Positions 45,874 through 56,447 are shown, counted from the first letter of the stretch. The stretch: DNA of 64,000 nucleotides from Candidatus Eiseniibacteriota bacterium (GCA_963703225.1 OY969801.1:384001-448000), one strand, 5' to 3'. Notes: a model not told the origin generated them from the sequence alone. A program made the numbers and translations.

Positions 45874-48800
45874 ACCGGCTGTTCGAAGGATTACGGGTCC
45901 AGCGCCGAGCCCTGCTCTACGGGTTGTCGGGCCTAGCCGCGCTTGGGGTCGCCGCGGCATGGCGCCTGCCCACGGCAATTCTGCCCGCGGTGACCTTTCC
46001 GCGCATCGCGGTGATCGCCGAGAGCGGCGAACGTCCCGGCGAAGAAATGCTCCGGGTGGTCACCCGGCCCCTGGAAGACGCCTTTCGACAGGTGCCGGGC
46101 GTCCGCGAGATGCGCTCGATCACAAGCCGCGGCTCGACCGAGATCAACCTCGATTGCATCTGGAATTCGAACATGGACCTCGCACTCCAGCGTGTCCAGG
46201 GGCGGGTCGAGGCCGTTCGGGAGCGTCTCCCTCAGGGTACTTCAGTCGAGGCGCGCCTGATGAACCCGGCGCTATTTCCGGTGCTCGGCCTTTCGCTCAC
46301 CTCCAAGACGCGCTCCCTCGCGGAGCTTCGTGACGTGGCCGTGATGATGATCCGGCCCGCGCTGGCGCGGCTGCCCGGTGCGGCGGAGATTGTGGTCCAG
46401 GGTGGACGTCGTCTGGAGGCGCGCGTCACGCTCGACCCGACGGCTCTTGAATCGCGCGGCTTGGATGCGGCCACCGTCGCCGATGTCCTCAAGCGTGCCG
46501 GAGAAATCCGATCGGTGGGCCTCCTCGACGCCAACCGGCAGCTCTACCTCGGCCTCGTGGACGCGCGCCCACCAGATCTCGCCTCGCTCCGAGCCATCCC
46601 CATTCCGGTCGCCGGCGGACCGCCCGTTCCCCTGGGAGATCTCGGGCGCGTGAGCCTCGAGGAAGTCCCAGAGTTCACGCGCTTCGCCGCTCAGTCGCGG
46701 GAGGCCGTCTTGGTCAGCATTCTCCGGCAGCCCACAGCCAGCACGATTGGCCTCGCGAACCAGGTGCGCCGCTGGCTCGCGGAGAGCGGCGCGGTCTTAC
46801 CCGCCGACGTCCATGTCGAGACCTTTTACGACCAGTCCGATCTCGTGCGCGCTTCCATCGGCAGCGTGGGAGACAGTCTGCTGATCGGGGCGCTGATGGC
46901 CATCCTGGCGCTCTCGTTGTTCCTCGGCAGCGTGCGCCTAGGGCTGGCGGGTGCCGTTCTGCTGCCCGGGAGCATCGTGCTGACGCTCTTGGGGCTGGCC
47001 CTGATGGGTCAGTCGCTCAACATGATGACGTTGGGGGGGATCGCCGCCGCGGTGGGGCTCGTCCTCGACGACGCGGTCGTTGTGCTCGAGCACCTGGCGC
47101 ATCGCGCGGCTCCGAATCCGGCGGCGCTCGATGTTTCGGCGGCGATGGCGGAGATATTCCCCTCGCTCCTCGGATCGAGCCTCTGCACGATCGTGATCTT
47201 CCTCCCGTTCATGTACCTCGACGGCGTGGCGGGGGCGTTCTTTCGGGTCCTCGCGCTCACCATGACGCTGATGCTGGGTTCCTCGCTTCTACTCTGCATC
47301 ACGGCGATTCCTCTCCTGGCGCGGCCGAAGCCAGAGCCCACGCTCGGCAGCCGTCGCACGGCCTCATGGTTTGCGCAATCGATCCAGTACGCCGTTGACC
47401 ACCCGTGGGTCGCCGTCGTGCCGGCGTGCATTCTCATCGCGTCCGTCCTGCCGCTGCGGGGGTCCCTGGGAACCGGCTTCCTGCCGGACATGGACGAAGG
47501 ATCTCTCATCATGGATTTCTACTCGCCGGCGGGGACATCGATCCAGGAGACCGACCGGATCCTCACCGAGGTCGAGCGCGAGATTTCCGCCACGCCGGAG
47601 ATCGAGGCGTGGTCGCGCCGCACGGGCGAGCAACTCGGCTTTTTCATCACCGAGCCGAACCACGGCGACTATGTGCTCCGCCTGCGTCCGAGGCGCGGGC
47701 GATCGGCCAATGAGATCGCCGACGACCTCCGGCGCCGAATCACGCATTCGCAGGCGGCGCTCCGGGTCGAATTCGGGCAACTCGTCGAAGACGTGATCGG
47801 CGATCTGACGACCAGTCCGCAGCCGATCGAGATGAGAATATTCAGCGAAGATCGGGGTTTCCTTGCGGCGAAGGCGCGCCAGGCGGCCGAGCTCATCTCG
47901 GGCGTTCGCGGCGTCGTGGACATCAACGATGGCCTCGTGGTGAGCGGGCCCGACATTTCCATCCTTCCCGGCCCCGGTGCGTTCCGCCTCGGGCTCGACG
48001 CGGACGGCCTTGCCCGCTCTGTCAGGTCGACGATCGAGGGGCTCGAGGCGGGCCAAATCGTCCGGGGAGTGCGCGCCTGGCCGGTGCGCGTCGTCCTTCC
48101 GGTGCCGCGCGGCATGACGCCGGCCGACGCGCTGGCGGCAGTCCGGATCCCGGTGGCGTCCCGCCATTGGGTGCCGCTTGGCGACCTCGCCACACTCCGG
48201 GTCGATCCCGGTGAGATCGAGATCGCGCGGGACGACCAGCGTACGATGGCGTCGGTAACGGCGCGGCTCTCCGGCCGCGACACAGGATCCGCGGTGGCGG
48301 AGATTCAGGGAGTCCTGCGGCGCAATCTGGCCCTTCCTCCGGATGCGTCGATTCGGTTCGGCGGCCTCTGGGCGGAGCAGCAGTCTTCCTTTCAGGGGCT
48401 CGCGGCGGTCCTCCTCGGCGCGGGCATCGCGGTCGTCCTCGTCATGATCGTGGGGTTTCGCTCCTGGAAGCAAACGGGCGCGGTGGTCGTGGTGCTCCTG
48501 GCTTCGCTCGCCGGAGTCTTTCTCGGGCTGCACGCGGCCGGTGCCACGTTCAACATATCCAGTTTTGTCGGAGCTATCATGATGGTGGGTGTGGTGGCGG
48601 AGAACGCGTACTTCTTGGTCGCGAGCCACCGCTCCGCGCTGCAAGCGGGCGCGACGCCCGCCGAGGCCGCGGTCATCGCGGCGCGGCGTCGGGCGCGTCC
48701 GGTGCTCATGACCACGGCGGCGGGTGTGGCCGCGCTGGCGCCTCTGGCGATCGGGTTCGGGGCGGGAAGCGCTCTTCTCCAGCCACTCGCCATCGCGGTC

Positions 48801-48890
48801 GTGGGCGGGTTCCTGAATTCGGCTCCGCTGCTGTTGCTCCTGCTACCCGCGCTGCTCGCCCGATGCGGCGAGATTCGCGAGAGGCCCTGA
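45870..48890 (+). CDS. RND efflux permease (CzcA/AcrB family)
   Basis: 1006 aa; LNMMTLGGIAAAVGLVLDDAVVVLE, FLPDMDEG, RARPVLMTT, QPLAIAVVGG. Confidence 0.93.
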   Translation: MNRLFEGLRVQRRALLYGLSGLAALGVAAAWRLPTAILPAVTFPRIAVIAESGERPGEEMLRVVTRPLEDAFRQVPGVREMRSITSRGSTEINLDCIWNSNMDLALQRVQGRVEAVRERLPQGTSVEARLMNPALFPVLGLSLTSKTRSLAELRDVAVMMIRPALARLPGAAEIVVQGGRRLEARVTLDPTALESRGLDAATVADVLKRAGEIRSVGLLDANRQLYLGLVDARPPDLASLRAIPIPVAGGPPVPLGDLGRVSLEEVPEFTRFAAQSREAVLVSILRQPTASTIGLANQVRRWLAESGAVLPADVHVETFYDQSDLVRASIGSVGDSLLIGALMAILALSLFLGSVRLGLAGAVLLPGSIVLTLLGLALMGQSLNMMTLGGIAAAVGLVLDDAVVVLEHLAHRAAPNPAALDVSAAMAEIFPSLLGSSLCTIVIFLPFMYLDGVAGAFFRVLALTMTLMLGSSLLLCITAIPLLARPKPEPTLGSRRTASWFAQSIQYAVDHPWVAVVPACILIASVLPLRGSLGTGFLPDMDEGSLIMDFYSPAGTSIQETDRILTEVEREISATPEIEAWSRRTGEQLGFFITEPNHGDYVLRLRPRRGRSANEIADDLRRRITHSQAALRVEFGQLVEDVIGDLTTSPQPIEMRIFSEDRGFLAAKARQAAELISGVRGVVDINDGLVVSGPDISILPGPGAFRLGLDADGLARSVRSTIEGLEAGQIVRGVRAWPVRVVLPVPRGMTPADALAAVRIPVASRHWVPLGDLATLRVDPGEIEIARDDQRTMASVTARLSGRDTGSAVAEIQGVLRRNLALPPDASIRFGGLWAEQQSSFQGLAAVLLGAGIAVVLVMIVGFRSWKQTGAVVVVLLASLAGVFLGLHAAGATFNISSFVGAIMMVGVVAENAYFLVASHRSALQAGATPAEAAVIAARRRARPVLMTTAAGVAALAPLAIGFGAGSALLQPLAIAVVGGFLNSAPLLLLLLPALLARCGEIRERP

Positions 48891-48899
48891 GGCGCCACG

Positions 48900-50489
48900 A
48901 TGCAAATCCTTCTCATCGAGGACAGTGCTCCCACCCGCGAGCTGCTCCAGCGATCCCTGGGCGCGGCCGGCCATGCTCTTGTGAGCGCGGCGCGGGTGTC
49001 GACCGGTCGCGCGATCGCCCTCGAGCAGTCCTTTGATGTCATCGTGATCGACGTCATGCTTCCCGACGGCAGCGGCGGGCGCTCGCTGGTCACGCGGCTG
49101 ACGCTCCTCCAGCAGCTCATGGCGGTGCTGATGATTGCGAGTTTCGGGACATCAGCGCTCTGGATGGCCAACCGTTCCTTGCGAGACGAGGACGCGAGAG
49201 TCCTTGTCGCAATGGCCCGCCGGGTCGCGGCAGGAGTCGACAGTGAGCTCTCAGAGGAGGGCAATCTCGCGCACTCGGCCGCGGCGGCCATTCAGGAGGA
49301 GTCCCCCGGGAAATTTCGGATCGATGTATATGATTCGCTGGGTGAGCTGCTTGCCTCGACCGAGCCGAAGGTGGCGCGGGGTCCAATGGACGGCCCGCTC
49401 GCGGACGGTGACCTGGGCGATCGTGGGGGGAGGTATCGCGCGGCGTTGCGCTCTGCGAGCGGCGCCCTTGTCGTCGCTTCGGTCTCGGATCAAGACCGTA
49501 TCGCCCAGATCGCGGCGCTTCGACGAGGACTTCTCTGGAGTGCCGCGCCGCTCCTGGTCGTCACACTTCTGGTCGGCCGGTGGACAAGCCGCCGCGCGCT
49601 TCGGCCGCTCGTCGACATGGGGGATCGGGCCCGGGGCGCCTCCGTCGATGCGGGAGTGCGATCGCTCGGGGATGCCACGGGCGTCGAGGAAGTCGATCGC
49701 CTTGGCGATTCGTTCAATCGCCTGCTCGCCCGGCTGGACGATTTGCTCAACGCGGAGCGGCGATTCACGTCCAACGCATCCCACGAGCTGCGCACTCCCC
49801 TCACCGTTCTCTCGGGAGAACTCGAGACGACATTGGACAGCCCCTTGCTCCCGCCGGAAGTTCGCGGCGGACTCCTGCGCGCTTCGGAGCAGGTGCGAGT
49901 CATGCGCGAGTTGGTCGAGGCGCTGTTGCTCCTCCGACGCGCCGGCGAGGGTGCGTCGCGGGCGCCGGTGGGTTTTGAGCCAGTCAACCTTTCGGACCTC
50001 GCCACCGACGCGGTGCGGCGTGCTTCCGCGGAGCATCCGACGAGGGTAGCGGACATCTTCCTCGCGTGCCCCGACGAAGTCATGGTCTCGGGCCAGCCGG
50101 CGCTGCTCGCTGCGGCAATCCGCAATTTGGCCGACAACGCGATCAAGTTCACCAGTCCCGGCCGAAAGGTCAAGATTGCGGTGAGAGCCGATGACTCCCA
50201 GGCCGACGTCATTGTCGACGACGGCGGTGAGGGTGTCCCAACCGAAGAGCGAGATCGGATCTTTGAGCCGTTCTATCGAGGTCCGGAGGCTCGAGCCGCG
50301 CTTGCCGGCTTGGGTCTCGGGTTGCCTCTTCTGAGGCAGGTCGCGCGGGCACATGGTGGAAATGTGACGGTCGGCAAATCTCCGCTCGGTGGGGCCCGAT
50401 TCACGTTATCTCTGCCCCTGTGGCGGTCTCTCCCAGAGAGCGGTACAAGGGGTGCCCTTACGGCGTCCAGGAACTTCCCAGGTAGCTAG
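48900..50489 (+). CDS. Sensor histidine kinase with fused truncated receiver N-terminus
   Basis: ILLIED..DVIVIDVMLPDGSG then TM, HAMP, FTSNASHELRTPL, NLADNAIKF, DGGEG, GLGLGL. Confidence 0.85.
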   Translation: MQILLIEDSAPTRELLQRSLGAAGHALVSAARVSTGRAIALEQSFDVIVIDVMLPDGSGGRSLVTRLTLLQQLMAVLMIASFGTSALWMANRSLRDEDARVLVAMARRVAAGVDSELSEEGNLAHSAAAAIQEESPGKFRIDVYDSLGELLASTEPKVARGPMDGPLADGDLGDRGGRYRAALRSASGALVVASVSDQDRIAQIAALRRGLLWSAAPLLVVTLLVGRWTSRRALRPLVDMGDRARGASVDAGVRSLGDATGVEEVDRLGDSFNRLLARLDDLLNAERRFTSNASHELRTPLTVLSGELETTLDSPLLPPEVRGGLLRASEQVRVMRELVEALLLLRRAGEGASRAPVGFEPVNLSDLATDAVRRASAEHPTRVADIFLACPDEVMVSGQPALLAAAIRNLADNAIKFTSPGRKVKIAVRADDSQADVIVDDGGEGVPTEERDRIFEPFYRGPEARAALAGLGLGLPLLRQVARAHGGNVTVGKSPLGGARFTLSLPLWRSLPESGTRGALTASRNFPGS

Positions 50490-50508
50490 CTTCACACCGC
50501 CCGGAAAA

Positions 50509-52392
50509 TCACAGGAAGCTCCCGCCCCAGATTTCCAAGATCAGGAGCGACCAGAGCAAGTGCGATCGCGCGCGTCCGCCGTTCCGTTGGTCATCCCAAA
50601 CGGATCGGACGGCACGGATATCAAGAAAAGTGGACAAAAACGAGTCTCCACCCAAGACTCGGCTCTCGAAAACGGGTCCAAGCTTGGTGCGTGCGAGCCA
50701 TGAAGATAGCGGCGGAGTGAAGCCGCGCTTTCGCCGCTTGATCGCGCCGCGCGGGACGAGATCGCGCAGCGACTCCTTGAAGAGGCGCTTTCCACGACCC
50801 GATCCAATCTTGAGGCCAGATGGAATCGCGGCGGCGTGTTCGACGAGGGCGTGATCGAGGAGCGGGACTCGAACCTCGAGTCCGTGAGCCATGCTGGCAC
50901 GATCCACCTTTGTCAGAATTCCGTCGGCAAGGTATGTCTTGAAATCCCAGTACTGCAAGCGCGAGGTCGAATCCCATTCCATCGACGGTCTGACCCATTC
51001 TTCCACGATCGAGAAGGGGTCGTAGCCCTGGAGGGATCTTAGGAACGATCGGCTGTAGACGGCGCTCCGGGTGGCCGCATCCATTCGTGTCATTTCGTTC
51101 CAATAGACTCGTTCCGGCGGGAGAGCCGCGTCCGCTAGCAAGCGCCGCACGCGCTTTGATGGGAGCCCCCATGTTCCGGCCGGAGTCAGCCGCGCACCTA
51201 CGTGGAATAGCGTCGGCGCCAACCACGAAGGAACGAGGTCCCGCAGCGTCTGCAGGTTCCTGTGCATCCTATATCTCTTGTACCCACCGAAGTTCTCGTC
51301 ACCTCCATCTCCGGAAAGACATACGGTGACTCCCCGGCGAGCCCCCTCGCAGAGAAGAAACGTGGGTACGGCGGAGGGATCGGCGAACGGCTCGTCGTAG
51401 TGCCAGGCGAGACGGCTCAATACCTCGACCGTCGGGCACGGGATCGCGATCTCCTTCCAGCTTGCGGCGGACCACATCGCGGCCTGCTCGGCGAATTCGC
51501 GGTCCTCGTCGCGGGTGCCGGGAAAGGTCGCCGTGAACGCCGGGATTTCGGCGCCTTTCTTCTCCGCCATCAGGGCCAGCACGGCCGCCGAGTCGATTCC
51601 TCCGGAAAGAAGTGTTCCCACGGGTACGTCGGAGACGAGGTGGCAGGCGACAGACTCTCGAACAACAGTCTGTAGCGCCATGGCGGAATCGCGGGCACCG
51701 AGACGATTTCGAGGAGTGAAATCCAGATCCCAGTACATCGCCCCCACTGGTCCGGAGGCTGTCACCCGGAGCATGTGCCCCGCGCGAAGTTTTCGAACCC
51801 CTTGGAACACGGTGCGAGGCGAGGGAACATACCCGAGCGCGAGGAAATCGTCGATGGCGCGCTCGTCGATCTTGCGGGCGACCTTGGCGTGCTGCAAGAT
51901 CGCCTTCAGCTCCGACCCGAAGAGAAAGCGCGTCCCGTCCCAGAAGTAATAGAGGGGCTTGATTCCCACCCGGTCGCGAGCCAACCACAGCTTGCGCTCT
52001 CGCCGATCCCAGATCGCGAACGCGAACATTCCGCGCAGGTGGTGGACGCAATACTCTCCCCAGGTCTCATACAATCGCAGCAACACCTCCGCATCGCCCA
52101 TCGTCCGAAATCGACTTCCATGGCGCCGCAGCTCGTCCCTCAATTCCCTAAAGTTGTAGATTTCTCCATTGAGCACGACCGCAGTCAAGCCGTCTTCGCT
52201 CACGATGGGTTGGTGTCCTCCTTCGACATCGATCACGGCCAGGCGGCTGTGGGCAAGCCCGGCTTGGCCGTCGCGATGGATGCCCGCTCCGTCGGGCCCT
52301 CGATGCGACAAGACGGAATTCATGCGGAGGAGGAGATCGTCGGATTCGAACTCCGTTGGCGAGGGTGAGAAAAACCCTGCGATCCCGCACAT
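50509..52392 (-). CDS. asnB: Asparagine synthase (glutamine-hydrolysing)-like amidotransferase
   Basis: MCGIAG, HRGPD, NGEIYN, RDRVGIKP, LSGGIDS, SGDGGDE, EVRVPLLD. Confidence 0.93.
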   Translation of the reverse strand: MCGIAGFFSPSPTEFESDDLLLRMNSVLSHRGPDGAGIHRDGQAGLAHSRLAVIDVEGGHQPIVSEDGLTAVVLNGEIYNFRELRDELRRHGSRFRTMGDAEVLLRLYETWGEYCVHHLRGMFAFAIWDRRERKLWLARDRVGIKPLYYFWDGTRFLFGSELKAILQHAKVARKIDERAIDDFLALGYVPSPRTVFQGVRKLRAGHMLRVTASGPVGAMYWDLDFTPRNRLGARDSAMALQTVVRESVACHLVSDVPVGTLLSGGIDSAAVLALMAEKKGAEIPAFTATFPGTRDEDREFAEQAAMWSAASWKEIAIPCPTVEVLSRLAWHYDEPFADPSAVPTFLLCEGARRGVTVCLSGDGGDENFGGYKRYRMHRNLQTLRDLVPSWLAPTLFHVGARLTPAGTWGLPSKRVRRLLADAALPPERVYWNEMTRMDAATRSAVYSRSFLRSLQGYDPFSIVEEWVRPSMEWDSTSRLQYWDFKTYLADGILTKVDRASMAHGLEVRVPLLDHALVEHAAAIPSGLKIGSGRGKRLFKESLRDLVPRGAIKRRKRGFTPPLSSWLARTKLGPVFESRVLGGDSFLSTFLDIRAVRSVWDDQRNGGRARSHLLWSLLILEIWGGSFL

Positions 52393-52645
52393 TACTTGCG
52401 CCTCGTTCCCATCAAGTCGAGCGGGTGGCGGTTTGCCATATCCGACGAGTTCTACGCGTCGAACCTGAACCACCTCCTAACAGTGGCGGAGCGATCAGCG
52501 GGCGGGTCGGAGCAGCATCGACTCCAGGAGCGCGTCAACCGAGTGCGGGAATTTGCGGCGGGCGGAGCGCCGGGGCGCGGCGCCGGGGACTATCCGGCGG
52601 CCCTCACGATCGGACGGGGCCTCGGGTCTGTATGGCGACTCCAGT

Positions 52646-54073
52646 TCAAGACAGGTCGGGGCGGCGGGTGTGCCACTCGGTCGCCCGCTCGTAGGCGTAC
52701 GCGATCCGCAGCGCCATCTCCTCGTGGAACGGCTTCGCGTAGATCATGAGACCGATCGGCAGCCCTTTCGAGGTGAACCCGCAGGGAAGCGAGACCGCGC
52801 ACAGATTGAAATAATTTCCGATGCCGGCATTTCGGTGCATCCGGATGTTGAGTTTCCCGTACGCATCGAGGCTCGCGTCGGCGTCCGCCAGCGAGGGAGC
52901 GGGAATCGCCGTCGTGGGCACGATGAACGCGTCCACGTCCCGAAGGCGCTTCAACGCTTGCTCGCGCAAAGCCCCGAATCGCCGCTCGAGATGGAAGTAC
53001 TCGGTCGCCAGGAGCGATCGGCCCGGGATCATGCGCGCCGAGACGATAGGGTCGAGCTCCTCGAAATGCCGATCGAGCAGCTCCCGATTGTTGTAACAGG
53101 CCTCCGCCGCGACATACTGGGACCGATTCTTCTCCCTCCAGATCTCGGCGACCTCGGGAAACTCCCGGCTCTCGACCTTGGCGCCCAGGGAGCGGATGAC
53201 CCCGCCGGCCGCGCGCACAGCGCTCTCGATTTCGGGATCCACGTCGTCGAAAAAAGTCGTCTCCCCGAACGCCACCGACAGCCCCTTCACGCCGTCCTTG
53301 AGCCCGCCCAGCGCGTCGTGCGGGGCAATCTCGACCGTGACGCGGTCCAGGGGATCCGGTCCCTGCAGGGCCTGGTAGACGAGGGCCGCGTCCTCGACCG
53401 ATCGTGTGAGCGGCCCAACGCTGTCGAACGTCCAGCTCAGCGGGTAGACCCCCGCTCGGCTGATCCTGCCGACCGTGGTCTTGAGCCCCACAATCCCACA
53501 CAGCGCCGCCGGGATCCGCACCGATCCGCCGGTGTCCGTGCCCAGCGCCATCGGCGCCAGCCCGGCCGCGACCGCGACGGCGCTCCCGCTCGAAGAGCCG
53601 CCCGGCGCGTGCGGCACCCGGTGCCACGGGTTCAACGGCGTTCCCTGGTCGTGGTTGATCCCGATGGTTCCGTAGGCGAGCTGAATCGTGTGGGTCTTCC
53701 CGAGAAGGACCATGCCCGCCTCGGCGAGCTTGCGGATCACGGTGCAGTCGGCCGCGGCGATGTTGTTCGCGAGGAGGCGCGTCCCCGCGGTGGTGGGCGC
53801 TCCCGCGACGTCGAAGAGATCCTTCGCGGCGTACGGAATTCCGTCCAGCGGGCCCCGGTCCCGCCCGCTCTTTCGCGCGCCTTCCGCGGCGCGGGCTTCG
53901 GCGAGCGCGCGTTCATGCAGGACCAGGAGAAAGGAGTGGAGCCTCGCGTCGAGCGCGGCGACACGCTCCAGCGAGTGCTCCGCGAGCGCCGCCGGCCCGA
54001 GGCTCCCCGTCCGGATGCGGGCCGCGAGGCCGGTGATAGAATCAAACGCGAGGGAGGAGTCGGCCCGGATCAT
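52646..54073 (-). CDS. Amidase signature family enzyme (GatA-like)
   Basis: KDLF, GGSSSGS, GTDTGGSVRIPAALCG; start approximate. Confidence 0.9.
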   Translation of the reverse strand: MIRADSSLAFDSITGLAARIRTGSLGPAALAEHSLERVAALDARLHSFLLVLHERALAEARAAEGARKSGRDRGPLDGIPYAAKDLFDVAGAPTTAGTRLLANNIAAADCTVIRKLAEAGMVLLGKTHTIQLAYGTIGINHDQGTPLNPWHRVPHAPGGSSSGSAVAVAAGLAPMALGTDTGGSVRIPAALCGIVGLKTTVGRISRAGVYPLSWTFDSVGPLTRSVEDAALVYQALQGPDPLDRVTVEIAPHDALGGLKDGVKGLSVAFGETTFFDDVDPEIESAVRAAGGVIRSLGAKVESREFPEVAEIWREKNRSQYVAAEACYNNRELLDRHFEELDPIVSARMIPGRSLLATEYFHLERRFGALREQALKRLRDVDAFIVPTTAIPAPSLADADASLDAYGKLNIRMHRNAGIGNYFNLCAVSLPCGFTSKGLPIGLMIYAKPFHEEMALRIAYAYERATEWHTRRPDLS

Positions 54074-54108
54074 GATGACGGTGGATGATACTCCCAAGGA
54101 TAGGCACG

Positions 54109-55152
54109 ATGCCGAGATCGAACCTGTTGGCGATGCCGGACGCGCGATTCTGGGCGATGCTCCTCGCTGGTTTCGTGGCTGCCTTTCCCCCTGGCACCGG
54201 CCGCGCAGCCTCGACGGGCGCGAGCGAGAATACCAAGGTGACCCTTCTCTCCGAACAGAGCTCGGTCCGGCCGGGCGCGCCGTTTACCGTCGGTCTTCGG
54301 ATGGAAATGAGAGACGGGTGGCACACCTACTGGAAGAATCCCGGTGACTCCGGCCTGCCGCTCCGGATCGAATGGAAGCTGCCGGAGGGATTCTCGGCCG
54401 GCCCGATCGACTGGCCGGCCCCCGAGCGCATGCCGACCGGCCCCGAAATGAGCTACGGCTACGCCGGAGAGGTGCTCTTGCCGATCCTCATCACGCCGCC
54501 GGAGAAGATCACCGCGTCTTCGATCACCATCGGGGGCACGTTCCGGTGGCTCGAATGTAACGAGGTCTGCCTCCCCGGCTCGGCCACGCTCGACCTCTCG
54601 CTGCCGGTGGGAACGGAGGTGCCGGCTGCGAGCCCCGCGGCGCCGCTCTTCGCCGAAGCGCGGTCTCGAATGCCTCTGGACGCGGCGAGACTGGGCTTGG
54701 CCGCGGAGGCGGGGCCGCGCGCCATCTCCATTTCGTTTCGCCTGCCCCAGGGGACCGCTCCGCGCGATCCATACTTCTTCGTCGACCAGCCCTTGATCGC
54801 GGACTACGCGGCTCCACAGGCTTGGGAGCCGGTCCGTGGGGGATATCGCCTCACCATGACCCCCGCGCCGAACACGGCCGGGCCGCCCGCGCGTCTCACC
54901 GGCGTCCTGGTCACCCGGGACCGGCCGCGACCGGCCGCGCAGGCCGCCTTCAGGGTGGACGTGGCCGTCGTCCCGGGCGACCCGTCGCCCGCGGGGAGGG
55001 CCGCCAGAAACGAGAGCCCGCCATTCTCTTGGTACGCGGCCGCGCTGGGCCTCGCGGGGGTGGGATTGGCATTTTGGATCCGCCGAAAGGCGTCGGTGCG
55101 GCGGGAGGGACCGCCGCGCCAAGGAACCGGTGGCGGGGAAACGGGGATATAG
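54109..55152 (+). CDS. DsbD N-terminal-domain protein
   Basis: GWHTYWKNPGDSG, WPAP, WLECNEVCLP; C-terminal TM. Confidence 0.8.
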   Translation: MPRSNLLAMPDARFWAMLLAGFVAAFPPGTGRAASTGASENTKVTLLSEQSSVRPGAPFTVGLRMEMRDGWHTYWKNPGDSGLPLRIEWKLPEGFSAGPIDWPAPERMPTGPEMSYGYAGEVLLPILITPPEKITASSITIGGTFRWLECNEVCLPGSATLDLSLPVGTEVPAASPAAPLFAEARSRMPLDAARLGLAAEAGPRAISISFRLPQGTAPRDPYFFVDQPLIADYAAPQAWEPVRGGYRLTMTPAPNTAGPPARLTGVLVTRDRPRPAAQAAFRVDVAVVPGDPSPAGRAARNESPPFSWYAAALGLAGVGLAFWIRRKASVRREGPPRQGTGGGETGI

Positions 55153-55198
55153 TGGTGGATCGGCATCGTCGAACGGACCGCAACTCTAGGGAGAGATC

Positions 55199-55801
55199 AT
55201 GATTCGAAATGCTGCGATCGCCTGCGCCTTGTTCTTGGTCGGAGTTTCAACCGCGCACGCCGCGGCGATCGTCGGAAAGGCGGCTCCGCCGATCGATCTC
55301 CGCGACATCAACGGCAAGTCCGTCCGCCTCGATTCGTTCAAAGGGAAGTACGTCGTGGTGGAGTGGGTGAACTTCCAGTGCCCGTTCGTCAAGAAGCAGT
55401 ACGGGAGCGGCAACATGCAGCGGCTCCAGAAGGAATTCACCAAGAAGGGCGTCGTTTGGCTGACGATCTGCTCCTCGGCGGAGGGAAAGCAGGGGTACAT
55501 GACCGCGTCCGAGGCGAAGACGCTGGCCAAGGAGCGGAGCGCCTCTCCGACCCACTTCCTGCTCGACCCGAAGGGGACGGTGGGGAAGGAATATGGCGCC
55601 AAGACGACCCCGCACATGTTCGTCATCGACTCCAAGGGTACCGTCGTCTACAACGGCGCGATCGACGACAAACCGTCGACCGATCAGGCCGACATCCCCG
55701 GAGCCAGGAACTACGTCGCCGCGGCCCTCGACGAGTCGATGTCGGGCAAGAAGGTGGAGACCGCGGCCACCCAGCCGTACGGCTGCAGCGTCAAGTACTG
55801 A
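55199..55801 (+). CDS. Exported thioredoxin/redoxin family protein
   Basis: VVVEWVNFQCPFV, YGAKTTPHMF, YNGAIDD, YGCSVKY. Confidence 0.88.
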   Translation: MIRNAAIACALFLVGVSTAHAAAIVGKAAPPIDLRDINGKSVRLDSFKGKYVVVEWVNFQCPFVKKQYGSGNMQRLQKEFTKKGVVWLTICSSAEGKQGYMTASEAKTLAKERSASPTHFLLDPKGTVGKEYGAKTTPHMFVIDSKGTVVYNGAIDDKPSTDQADIPGARNYVAAALDESMSGKKVETAATQPYGCSVKY

Positions 55802-56447
55802 GAACGGAAAGGCCCGCTGCCAATCCCGAGTCCCGCCCCGCATCGGCCATCGCCCGGGCGAGCGATGGGATGTCATCGACGTCATACCAGACCGGGAGTT
55901 CATGGACCGACAACCCGAGCGCGCGGGCGCGCTCGAGCGTCCTTGCCGTGACATCGGCCGTGCTCCAGGGAATTTCGTTGAACACCTCGGGCACGTCGTC
56001 CCTGGAGCCGATCAGGTAGTAGCCGCCGTCTTCGCAGGGTCCGATCACCAGATCGTGGGTATCCAGCGCGGCGATCGCGTCGGAGATCCACCTCGGGTCG
56101 AGCGTCGGGCTGTCGGACCCGATCGCGATCGTCTTGCCCGCCCCGCCCTCGCGCAGCACCCGGTACGCGGCCCGAAGCCGCTCACCCAGATCGCCCCTCG
56201 CTTGCGGCACGATCGGGACGCCGAGCGCCCCGGCGAGGTCCAAGAGCGCGGAGTCGGCTATCCCGTCGAGAAAGAGCGTGAAGGGCGCGGCCACCGCGGG
56301 CACGAAGCGGCGGAGCGAGATCTCGAGGCAGCCGCGGGCGATGCGCGCCGCCGCGTCGGGCGTCAGGGGCGGCACCATGCGCGTCTTGACCCGCCCCGGT
56401 ATCGGGGCCTTGGCGAAGAACGCGATGGCGGCGCCCCCGACCTTCAC
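55791..56447 (-). CDS. DUF2064/TIGR04282-type nucleotidyltransferase-like protein
   Basis: FAKAPIPGRVKTR, GDLGERL, IGSDSP, GPCEDGGYYLIG, DVDD. Confidence 0.85.
   Translation of the reverse strand: MKVGGAAIAFFAKAPIPGRVKTRMVPPLTPDAAARIARGCLEISLRRFVPAVAAPFTLFLDGIADSALLDLAGALGVPIVPQARGDLGERLRAAYRVLREGGAGKTIAIGSDSPTLDPRWISDAIAALDTHDLVIGPCEDGGYYLIGSRDDVPEVFNEIPWSTADVTARTLERARALGLSVHELPVWYDVDDIPSLARAMADAGRDSGLAAGLSVLST

Noticed and set aside
50509..52392. Lasso-peptide cyclase
   Set aside because: It has a full N-terminal Cys glutaminase domain, and no B protein or precursor is nearby.
52646..54073. Calling the amidase gatA
   Set aside because: No gatB/gatC adjacent; only generic amidase-signature motifs are supported.
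55791..56447. Arsenosugar biosynthesis cluster
   Set aside because: The partner GT2, radical SAM and arsM genes are not adjacent; this is a lone family member.
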